IMG/VR virus record: IMGVR_UViG_3300032116_000002
Source: a virus
Taxonomy: Duplodnaviria > Caudoviricetes
Length of the DNA stretch: 64,000 bases
Reading direction: 5' to 3' (one strand)
In this document: in pieces, positions 47,800 to 57,500 of the stretch
How the letters are laid out: each line of letters starts with the position of its first letter
Numbering within the stretch: position 1 is the stretch's first letter
The notes under the pieces: generated by a model
What the model saw: only the letters and a program-made list of their open reading frames with translations
Told to the model about the DNA's origin: nothing
Databases searched by the model: none
Translations under genes and position numbers: made by a program

Positions 47800-50700
47800 T
47801 TAATTAAAGATAAAGTCTAAGCTATTCGCACTAGCGTTAAATTGAATATATGCTGCACTTGCAGTACCACCATTGTTATTAGCAAATCCTACTGACTGAC
47901 CAGTATAGATATTACCAGTTGCTGACATACCACCTGTTACTTTTACTGTACCAGTGACAGAGCTTGTAGAATCTACATTAGCAGCAGCAGTGATTACATT
48001 AGAAGCATTGATATTATTAGCATCAACGTTACCTGTTGCTGTAATAACACCAGTTACGTTAGCACCTGTGCCACTAACTGTCAGTATTGCGCTACCATTA
48101 ACATTGGTTACAACATTGCCATTAGCAGTTGCAATTGTTACATTGCTTGTACCATTTGCTATAATACTTGAATCAAGTGTAGCCCATGTTACATTGCCTG
48201 CATTATCAACCGCTTGTAAGTATTGACCAGCTGTTGCACCACCAATTCTTACATTAGCTACAGTATTTAGGTCTGTTACACCACTAACTGCTAAACTAGT
48301 TAATGTGCCAACACTAGTAATGTTAGTCTGTGCATTAGTTGTTAATGTACCTGCAACATAGTTAGCTGTAACTAAGTTACCTAAGTTACCATTTGCTGCT
48401 GAGATATTACCAGTTACGTTAGCTGCACCTGTAGCAGTAATATTGACTGTTGACAGTGTATCAGTAGAGAATGTTAGATTACCGCTACCTGTTATTAAAC
48501 CATCTGCACCAGCAAATGTTACATGTGTAGCAGTTAAGTTGTTTGCTCTAACATTAGCAGCCATTACTTGACCAGATGCATGAACATTACCTGTAACGCT
48601 TAAATTAGCAGCACTAAATGTTAAGCCTGATGTTCCTTGCAATAGACCATCTGTACCAGCAACTAGAACATGTGTATTGCTTAATGTAGAAACTTTAGCA
48701 TTACCTGTTATTGACAACATTGCTGTGTCGCTATTAAATGTTAATGCTGTGCTTGCTGCTAGGTCATTAGTACCGTTCGCCTTAAACTGAACTTCAAAAC
48801 TATTACCAGCTGCTGTTTGGAAGTCGATTGGACTACCGTTAGCATACTGATAGTTGTCTGACTTAAACACGTTAGCTACAACATTACCATCAACATTCAA
48901 GTTTGTTAAGTTACCTACACTAGTAATGTTTGGCTGTGCTGCTGTTGTTAATGTACCAGTTAAGAAACCTGCGCTAACTGTACCGTTTGTAGCATTTGCA
49001 CCAACTGTTAATACATTACCTGTTGTGTTGAAGTTCAAGCTTGAGCTAGAAACTAATGCATTTGCTGCGTTAGCGAACTGAATAGCACCTGCACCACCTG
49101 ATACTGTGATGTTACCAGAAATATTACCTTGTACATCACCGATAACATTACCGACAAAGTTAGGAGCACTAATATTACCGTTAGCGATTGTTACGCCACC
49201 GATATATAGATTACCACTAATGTTTGCATCACCAGTTAGAAGTAAACTCACACCAGTTGCATTACCAATATTAGGATTGCTTAGTGATATATTACCTGGA
49301 ATATATAAATTACCGTTATTATTTAACTTTATGGTAACATCATCATATTCAACATCAAATGTAGATCCAGTAAGTTTGATACCATTACCTGCTAGGTATG
49401 TTCCTGCACCGCTGAACTGTGTCCAAACAATGTTAGTTGTACCAACAGTAATTGCACCATTTGTTGTCATTACCCAACCAGTGTCGGCGTAGTTTGTACC
49501 TTCTTCAACGAATGTAAATGCACTTGGGAATTCAGCAGCAAGATTCATATCTTCACTGCGTGTCCAACCACCTGTGTTAGCTACATAGATACCATTTTCA
49601 CTTTCAGTTGTTTGACCTTTAACAAGAACACGATCACCATTGCTTAGTGAAACACCATCAACTGTTGTTACGGATCCGTCAAGAGCAATGTTTGTTGCTG
49701 CTAAAGCACGTACACTATCCTTAACTGTTAGACCTGAAGCAACACCATCTACATATGCCTTAGTTGCTGCATCTGTTCCATCAGTTGGTGTACCTAAATC
49801 AATAAGTCTAGCACCATTAAAGTCAATTGTGTTGCTTGTTGAGGTAAATCCAATATTAGCAGCAGAAACGTTTAAGTTAGCGGCTGAGCTTATATTACCT
49901 GTTACAAGTGCGGTGTTAGCGTAAACATTACCTGCTGTATTGATGTTTGCACCAGTAACATTACCTGTTGCGCTTACAACACCTGCTGTTGTTAAGTTGC
50001 TACCACTTACATTACCAGTTGCATCAACTGCACCTGCTGTTGTAATGTTGCCACCACTTACGTTACCTGTAGCAGAAATAGTATTTGATGCACTAATATG
50101 AGATGCACCAATATTACCTGTTACAGTCAATACATTAGTTGTGCCATCAAATGACAAGTTAGCACTTGCAGAGAAGTTATTACCATCATTAAATTGAATC
50201 TGACCTGAACTACCAGCAGCTTGTTGTAAATCCCATGCTGTACCGTTTGAATAGTATAGGTTGTCAACAAGAATACCGTTTGTACCTGTTACATTACTGA
50301 TAGAAATGTTACCATTAACTGTCAATCCAGTTAAGTTACCTACACTAGTAATATTTGGCTGTGCTGCTGTTGTTAATGTACCTGTTACGTAGTTAGCAGA
50401 AACTAAATTACCACCACTTACATTACCTGCTGATACATTACCTGAAACTGTAGCTGATGTTGAGAATATAGCATTGGTAAAGTTAGTACCAACACTGTTA
50501 GATGTTATAGTTTGCTCACCTAACTTAATACTTGTACCTGATAGATATAAGTCTCTCCACTTCATTGCAGAGTTACCTAAATCATAAGTTTCGTTAGCTG
50601 CTGGAATTAAATGACCAGTGACATCGCCTGTGATTGTTAGGTTAGCTGTGCTAACACGATGCGTAGCACTAACATTATTACCACTAACGTTACCTGTTGC

Positions 50701-51747
50701 AACTACATTTGCACCTGCTGTTACGTTGCCGTTTGTAGCTGCAATATTGTTTGTGATTGTTGCGTTAGCTGCTGTTACAGAATTTACAGCATTTAAGTGA
50801 CTACCGTTAACATTGCCTGTAGCGTCAACTACACCAGCTGTTGTGATGTTACCACCACTAACATTACCTATAGCTGTTACAATACCACTAGCACCTAAAT
50901 TACCAACGTTGGAATCACCAGTTACATTTAGTGTGCCTGCTGTAGTTAAGTTACCACCTGAGATTGTGCCTGCAACTGTAAATGCATTTGAACCTTTGTC
51001 AAATGTCATTCCTGCTGTTGCATTTGATGTACCGTTATCGTTGAATACAACTTGTGTATTTGAACCAGGTGCACTTGTGTTTCCTGAGAAATTACCAGAA
51101 ATTGTGCCAGACACGCTTAAGTTAGCGAGTTGTGTATTACCTGTAACAGTTAGATTACCACCAATATTAGCGTCGCCGGTAGTAGTAATAGTACCATTAC
51201 CAAATGTAGAGTTTGCTGTGGCGTTACCAATTGTTAGGCCTGTTAATGTACCCAAACTAGTGATGTTACCTTGTGCAGAACCAGTAACGATTCCAGCGTA
51301 TGCTGAGTTGTTAGCCGAAGATACTGTACCAGTAACATTGGCACCAGTAATACTACCTAATGAACTACCATTACCAATAAAGTAATCAGCTTTTAGATTA
51401 CCATATGTGAATGCTGTTACAACTTCATTTGAAATAGTAACATTACTTGCTACTGCGAATTCGCCGGTACTTGCGTCCCAACCCATAAATGCAGTCTTAG
51501 CTGCTGTATCATAGTATTGTAACTGTAGACCACGATCCTTGCCATCGTTTGATGTTTGTGCTGCACCATTAGCAAGACCACCTAACGAAATTAACGGATC
51601 TTCTACTGCTAATGTTTCAACGTTTGTATAAACTGTGTTACCAGCAACAATAAGGTTACCAGTAATAGTTGCGTCTGTGCTTACGGTTAGTGCTGTATCG
51701 ACTGTTAGAGTACCGTAAACTCTTGAACCATCTTTTAATTTTGCCAT
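47800..51747 (-). CDS. Long fibre protein (1315 aa, MAKLKDGSRVYG)
   Basis: Many GNVSGGN(I/L) repeats plus DAATKAYVD...GDRVLVKGQT..ENGIY...WTRS.D domain familiar from phage fibre and decoration proteins; AAGGA RBS. Confidence 0.8.
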   Translation of the reverse strand: MAKLKDGSRVYGTLTVDTALTVSTDATITGNLIVAGNTVYTNVETLAVEDPLISLGGLANGAAQTSNDGKDRGLQLQYYDTAAKTAFMGWDASTGEFAVASNVTISNEVVTAFTYGNLKADYFIGNGSSLGSITGANVTGTVSSANNSAYAGIVTGSAQGNITSLGTLTGLTIGNATANSTFGNGTITTTGDANIGGNLTVTGNTQLANLSVSGTISGNFSGNTSAPGSNTQVVFNDNGTSNATAGMTFDKGSNAFTVAGTISGGNLTTAGTLNVTGDSNVGNLGASGIVTAIGNVSGGNITTAGVVDATGNVNGSHLNAVNSVTAANATITNNIAATNGNVTAGANVVATGNVSGNNVSATHRVSTANLTITGDVTGHLIPAANETYDLGNSAMKWRDLYLSGTSIKLGEQTITSNSVGTNFTNAIFSTSATVSGNVSAGNVSGGNLVSANYVTGTLTTAAQPNITSVGNLTGLTVNGNISISNVTGTNGILVDNLYYSNGTAWDLQQAAGSSGQIQFNDGNNFSASANLSFDGTTNVLTVTGNIGASHISASNTISATGNVSGGNITTAGAVDATGNVSGSNLTTAGVVSATGNVTGANINTAGNVYANTALVTGNISSAANLNVSAANIGFTSTSNTIDFNGARLIDLGTPTDGTDAATKAYVDGVASGLTVKDSVRALAATNIALDGSVTTVDGVSLSNGDRVLVKGQTTESENGIYVANTGGWTRSEDMNLAAEFPSAFTFVEEGTNYADTGWVMTTNGAITVGTTNIVWTQFSGAGTYLAGNGIKLTGSTFDVEYDDVTIKLNNNGNLYIPGNISLSNPNIGNATGVSLLLTGDANISGNLYIGGVTIANGNISAPNFVGNVIGDVQGNISGNITVSGGAGAIQFANAANALVSSSSLNFNTTGNVLTVGANATNGTVSAGFLTGTLTTAAQPNITSVGNLTNLNVDGNVVANVFKSDNYQYANGSPIDFQTAAGNSFEVQFKANGTNDLAASTALTFNSDTAMLSITGNAKVSTLSNTHVLVAGTDGLLQGTSGLTFSAANLSVTGNVHASGQVMAANVRANNLTATHVTFAGADGLITGSGNLTFSTDTLSTVNITATGAANVTGNISAANGNLGNLVTANYVAGTLTTNAQTNITSVGTLTSLAVSGVTDLNTVANVRIGGATAGQYLQAVDNAGNVTWATLDSSIIANGTSNVTIATANGNVVTNVNGSAILTVSGTGANVTGVITATGNVDANNINASNVITAAANVDSTSSVTGTVKVTGGMSATGNIYTGQSVGFANNNGGTASAAYIQFNASANSLDFIFN

Positions 51748-51787
51748 TTTTCTATTCCTTTTAAGGTTTTAAAGTTTTGTACTTGAT

Positions 51788-52687
51788 TTAAGTTATAGTT
51801 GTAACTTCATCAAACTCATAAGCAACTTGCAATGTTCCATTTGATTTTTGTTTCATTGCGCCATTGTATATAGTTGATAGTGGTGTCAATGCGTCGTAAA
51901 TAGCACTCCCCACATTGCTTACAGATTTACCAGTACCAGATGAATCTGTTAACATACTTGCCTGTGTTGAAACTTTCAACAATAGTTTAGTATTCGTAAT
52001 ATTTTCTAATGGTGAATAAACTGGGCTAAAGTTACCTGTATATACAGGTGAGCCCTTCACTATTCTAAAGTTTGTAAAGTATCCGTCCATCCAACCATCT
52101 GCACCTGATGCACCACTTTGTCCTGTGATGTCTCCAGCAGTCAGTTCTCCGCCTATACTCAATGCACGTGATGTCTGTGAATTAAATGGGCTGTTGTCTG
52201 TAATTTTTGAAACACCATTTACGTAAACTGTAACGGTTCCGCTACTTTTAACTAATGCAATGTGGAACCATGAAAATGGTTGTACAGTGTTGTTGCCACT
52301 TGCTACAACACTACCGCCGCCGTTCCAATAGTATACATTAGTCCCGTTTACTTCAACATTGTCTCCGTCAGGAAAACACCAAAGTCTTGTATATCCAGTT
52401 GATCTTAGATAGAACCAACCTTCTACACAAAAGTCTCCGGTGCCGAACTGAAGATCTCCAGAACCTGCAATGTCTATTTTTTGTGTTGTTCCATTGAGCT
52501 TTATTGAACCACCGGAAGGTTCACCTTCACCAAGTGTAATTTCGTCAAACTCATCTGCAAAAACATTTGCAACGGTTATTCCGTGACCAGATGCTCTTTG
52601 GGAAACACCGCTGATGCCATTTTCCTCAAACTCCCCTGCTGTAAGCAGAGTTCCGTCATTTTTTAGTCTTGCTCCTACTGTAGGCAT
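51788..52687 (-). CDS. FDE-repeat protein with one inserted LamG domain (299 aa)
   Basis: FCVEGWFY...WFHIALVK...VNG...DGYFTNFRIVKG LamG domain between segments matching the 77 aa protein. Confidence 0.8.
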   Translation of the reverse strand: MPTVGARLKNDGTLLTAGEFEENGISGVSQRASGHGITVANVFADEFDEITLGEGEPSGGSIKLNGTTQKIDIAGSGDLQFGTGDFCVEGWFYLRSTGYTRLWCFPDGDNVEVNGTNVYYWNGGGSVVASGNNTVQPFSWFHIALVKSSGTVTVYVNGVSKITDNSPFNSQTSRALSIGGELTAGDITGQSGASGADGWMDGYFTNFRIVKGSPVYTGNFSPVYSPLENITNTKLLLKVSTQASMLTDSSGTGKSVSNVGSAIYDALTPLSTIYNGAMKQKSNGTLQVAYEFDEVTTIT

Positions 52688-52700
52688 ATTTGTCTATCCA

Positions 52701-53513
52701 TTAAGTGTTGTTAAATCCAAAGTCAATGCTATTGACTCCATCGTTATAATTGATGATTCCCTTACTTGTTGTGCCACCGTTTCCGTTAGCTAAATGTATG
52801 GAACCACCAACATATAAATCTTTACCAATTGCTGCACCACCCGCCGTTACGAAACTTCCCGTGGTCGTTGAGGTAGCTTGTGTAGTACTATTTATGATAA
52901 TCTGATTATTTACCGTGATTTGATCACTAATTATGGTCTTTATATTCGCAGAATTTGCGCGGAATATATTGCCCTCAACCAAATCAACTTCAATTTTGTT
53001 TGCTACAATTGTATTAGAAACATTCAGATTTGTGATATTTCCTGTATTTGCGGTAATCACGTTAGCTGCTAATATATTAACATTAGCTTGATTCGCAGCA
53101 AAAGTTACTATTGTGACGTTGCTAAAGCTTGCAATATTTCCGACAATATTTGCGGTTTCAAGATATGCTATGTTAGCATTTGCTACTGCGACATTTCCAA
53201 TATTTGCATCTGTTAATTGTAGGTTACCAGATATTGTCGTTGTAGTGGCATTTGCACTAATACTTTGATCGTTTATATAAACTACGTTTGAAAGATACAG
53301 GTCTTTATATCTTGCACTAGAGTTGCCCAAAGATAATACACCATTAGCGTTTGGGCGTAGATTTGATCTAAGATTCCCTGTTACTTCTAGGTCTAATGTT
53401 GTAACTAAACTTGATGCATTTACGTTTGATCCTACAATGTTACCAGTGTTGGCGTCTAACCTAACGTTACCGGTAGTTATTCCCTTTTTTACATTAAAAT
53501 TCTTAGTTGTCAT
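52701..53513 (-). CDS. Fibre protein (270 aa, MTTKNFNVKKG)
   Basis: SLGNSSARYKDLYL module; C-terminal ATSTTTGSF...SIDFGF shared with the 1315 aa end (STSSVTGTV...SLDFIF). Confidence 0.75.
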   Translation of the reverse strand: MTTKNFNVKKGITTGNVRLDANTGNIVGSNVNASSLVTTLDLEVTGNLRSNLRPNANGVLSLGNSSARYKDLYLSNVVYINDQSISANATTTTISGNLQLTDANIGNVAVANANIAYLETANIVGNIASFSNVTIVTFAANQANVNILAANVITANTGNITNLNVSNTIVANKIEVDLVEGNIFRANSANIKTIISDQITVNNQIIINSTTQATSTTTGSFVTAGGAAIGKDLYVGGSIHLANGNGGTTSKGIINYNDGVNSIDFGFNNT

Positions 53514-53515
53514 TG

Positions 53516-54577
53516 TTAATCTTTAACGTATGTGCTTAGTATGTTTACCACAGTGTTAGCGTTGCTTCCGGTCGCATACAGTTTTACGTTTCCTGCTGAA
53601 ATATTACTTGACAAGTCTACAATGTCAAATTCAGTAGAACTTACTGCACCATATATGGTGATATAGCTGTCTGTATTGTCGTGTACCAAAAGCACTTCAA
53701 TTGACTGGAATCCATCATCATTTCCAGCTTTGATTAAGTATTTAGCGGTTCTGTAAAGTGCTGGATTGAACTGGTCTACTACGGTGTCTGTTGTAACTGC
53801 TATGTTTGAACTATTACTTATTACATTAGAACCAACAATAGTATTAGCTACAAGTGTGCCTCTTGCTGTTACAGTGCCACCGGTTGATCCAATAGTAATA
53901 TTACCTGCTAAAGCACCTACTGTTAAATTAGAAATAGCTATTGGGAATATAGCTGCGTTACCTGTAGAAACATTAGCTGCAATAGTTGCGCCGCCAATAG
54001 TAACTAGTCCACCCTGAACATTAGCATTTCCTGCTACTGTAATTAAATTCGTAGATTTATCAAAAGTAAGTCCTGACGTAGCATTGGATGTGCCATCATC
54101 ATTAAATACGATTTGAGTATTTGCACCCGGAGCACTGACTGTACCAGTAAAGGATCCACTGACGTTACCTGAAATAGAACCAGTAACATTTAAGTTTCCA
54201 ACATCAACATTACCTGCAACATTTAATCCAGTTAATGTTCCTAAACTGGTAATGTTGGGCTGACTTGATGATTGAGCATCGAATACGCCTCTAAAGTAAT
54301 TACTGATAGTTAAGTTTCCTAAATTAGCATTTAGTGAACTTATATTACCTGTAATTGTTAGTAAATTACCATCAAATGTTAGGTTAGCACTTGCTCCTAA
54401 TGTACCTGCATTATTGAATTGTATTTGTGTATTACTGCCCGCAGCACCTATGCTTGCACCACCAGCACCAAGTGCTTGATTAACATAATTTTTGGTAGCA
54501 GCGTCCTGTAAATCTACTGGATCTACAACATTTTTAAGTAGCGTTGCTGAGGGGAAGGTAAGTGTTGCCGCTGCCAT
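53516..54577 (-). CDS. Fibre protein (353 aa, MAAATLTFP) with YRTAKYLI-type C-terminal domain
   Basis: N-terminus similar to the 564 aa gene; C-terminal ~90 aa similar to the ends of the 763 and 227 aa proteins. Confidence 0.75.
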   Translation of the reverse strand: MAAATLTFPSATLLKNVVDPVDLQDAATKNYVNQALGAGGASIGAAGSNTQIQFNNAGTLGASANLTFDGNLLTITGNISSLNANLGNLTISNYFRGVFDAQSSSQPNITSLGTLTGLNVAGNVDVGNLNVTGSISGNVSGSFTGTVSAPGANTQIVFNDDGTSNATSGLTFDKSTNLITVAGNANVQGGLVTIGGATIAANVSTGNAAIFPIAISNLTVGALAGNITIGSTGGTVTARGTLVANTIVGSNVISNSSNIAVTTDTVVDQFNPALYRTAKYLIKAGNDDGFQSIEVLLVHDNTDSYITIYGAVSSTEFDIVDLSSNISAGNVKLYATGSNANTVVNILSTYVKD

Positions 54578-54578
54578 T

Positions 54579-57500
54579 TTATGATGTCACTATTATAGAT
54601 GATGTTTGGCTGAATCCTGAGAAACCATAAATTGAATAATTATAGCTTTCTCCGTTAGCAGAAATTGTTTGTGTGCCTGTAACAGTAGGCGTATCTATAA
54701 TATCGAATCCTCCAAATATGTGTTTAAATGTTCTACTTTGTAATGTGGCTGCATTTCCCGAATTAGGTACTGCCATCCATAAATAATCTGAAACTGTCGT
54801 ACTTGTATTTGCGCTTTGGTTGATTGCAAAATTATTATTATTTCTACTATCAGTTACAGTAAATGTAGGCAATGTACTATTCGCTGTAATTTTCCAGAAC
54901 AACGGATAGTATTTGGTAGCTGCGTTTACTGTACCATTAACTGTATTAGGGATCGTTCTAGTTCCATACCCGTTCAAGCCTGCTCCTGTGTAATCATTTG
55001 TTGTAATAGTATAGCTGCTAGTACTGTTAATACTTCCACTTGTTCCACTTGTTTGACCAGTAGAAGAAAGTGAAGTTGTAGTTACTACGCCACCGCTGTA
55101 TGTTAAATTACCGCTAGCTGTCGTTCCTGTAACGCTTACGCTCCAATTGAATGATTGATTCAAGTTCCAATAAGGAACAGAACTTACTGGGAAGCTACCA
55201 GTTATACTGTTAACATTGTATGCCACAGGTTGTGCTGTAGTAAGTGTAGTGCCACTTCCTGTATAAACACCTCTAGATGTAGTTAAGTTTGCACTGACTG
55301 TACTAGTAGCATTTGTTTGTACGCTTGCTGCGAAATAGTCGCTAGGAATAGTATAGGTACCGCTATTTCCTGTTATTCCTATTGCTAATAAATTAGCTCC
55401 TGTTACCACACTACCCCCGATCGTAATTGTATCGGTGCTTTGTACATTAAACACCGCGTTCGCCAATGAGAATGTCATTCTAACATTTGATGTATTAATT
55501 GAGCTTGCTAAGAAATTAGCATATGCATTTTTACTTGACAAACTACTAGATTGCCAATTATTTGTAACTGTCAAACTAACTGGTCCTAACTGATATATCA
55601 TAAACTTACCTGCTGGAAATAATGGATCAGAATAATCCATAGATACTCCAATAGCTGAACCAGGTACAATTGAAGTAATATTAGCATCTACGCTAGCAAC
55701 TCCACCTTGAACCGCTGATGCAGGAATGTTTGCTAATTGACTACCATCACCAATAAAGTAGGCCGCTCTGATATTGCCTAACTGATTTATAGTTACTACA
55801 TTGTTATCTAATGTTACGTTACTCGCTAGTGTAAATTCTGCATTTGAGTTGTCCCAACCCATAAATGCGTCAACTGTATTGCTGCCCTGATATAAATGTA
55901 GTAGGCTACCTCTATCGTAACCGTCATTTTGAGTTAATGCTGCGCCATTAGGTCCGCCGCCTAATTCTATAATAGGATCTTTTACATCAATATTAGTTGT
56001 GCTTACATAGGTTATGTTGCCGCTTACTGTCAAGTTTCCAGTAACAACTGCATCAGTTACTTGTATTGTGTTACCAACAAAACCATTAGCTTTTAGATTA
56101 GCTTCATCATCTCTTAAGGCTAATGTTTGTGGGATAGCATTCGCATCTGAACTTGTGAAGCCAGAGCTAATATCAATCCATGCAAATGTTGTGCCATTAT
56201 ATATGTACTGGTAAATGACATCGTTATCAGTGTCATACCACTGATCACCCATTTTAGCATTAGTAGGGGCAGTTGGTTGTGATACGAATGTAGTAACGAC
56301 CTTGCTATCTCTAGTAAGATTATTAGATGTGGATATGTTTCCTATTACAGATAATGTGTTTGTAGCGTAATTGAACTGAAGTTTATCTGTCGCACCTAAA
56401 TTACCATTTTGATTAAATGGTATTTGTGTATTGCCACCAGGTGCTTGTAATGTACCTTGTATATTACCAACTACATTACCTATAAAGTAATTTGCTGTTA
56501 CATTACCGTCTACAGTTAATTCATCTAGTGTACCTACAGTAGTAATGTTTGGTTGCGCAGAAGTTGTTAATGTACCTGTGATTAGATTTGAAATAACATT
56601 GTCTACTGTTATATCACCAGTGGCTGTTATTGATCCAATTACGTCAACGGTATCTTTACCGATGAGCATTACATTCGCTACGCCGTTAGCTGAAAGTCCT
56701 ACGCTTGTTTCAAATATTGTTATGTTACTATTACCATTTGCAATAGTATCATCAATTCCTGTAATAACACCTGTTAAAAATGCTCCGTTACCGACAAAAT
56801 AATTAGCACTTACTGCGTTACCACCTAATACATTTCCTGCACTAACATTACCTGTTACCGATAAGCTAGTTAACGTGCCGACACTGGTAATATTAGGTTG
56901 ACTACTTGCTGTTATTGTTCCGGCAGTATTTGCGTTATCTGCTTGACCTGAATACGTAGCGTAATTTGCATTTGCTACTTCGCTTACGTTTGCTCCGTTG
57001 ATATCACTTAAACTTGCGCCACTACCGACAAAGAATGTTGCTGTTATTGTTTCTGCATCATTAATATTACCTACAGAAATGTTTCCAATAACATCTAGGT
57101 CAACAAGTGAACCTACGCTAGTAATATTAGGTTGACTGCTTGATGTAACTTTAACCGCAGTGTTTGCATTGTCTGCTTGACCTGAGTAAGTAGCAAAGTT
57201 AGCATTCGGAACTTCACTTACATTTGCACCATTTATATCAAATAAATTATACGCATTACCAAAATAGTTTACTGCTGTAACATCAAGCAAGCTTACTAGA
57301 TTACCTGTTGTTATATTACCAGTTACGGTTAAATCAGTTAATGTGCCGACCGATGTAATATTTGGCTGTGCTGCTGTTGTTACAGTACCCGCAGTTACCG
57401 CTGATGTAGCATAATTAGCATTATTAGCTTGCTCAGAATAGCTTGCAAAATTAGCGTTAGGTACTTCACTTACGTTCGCACCATTTATTAAAGATAGATT

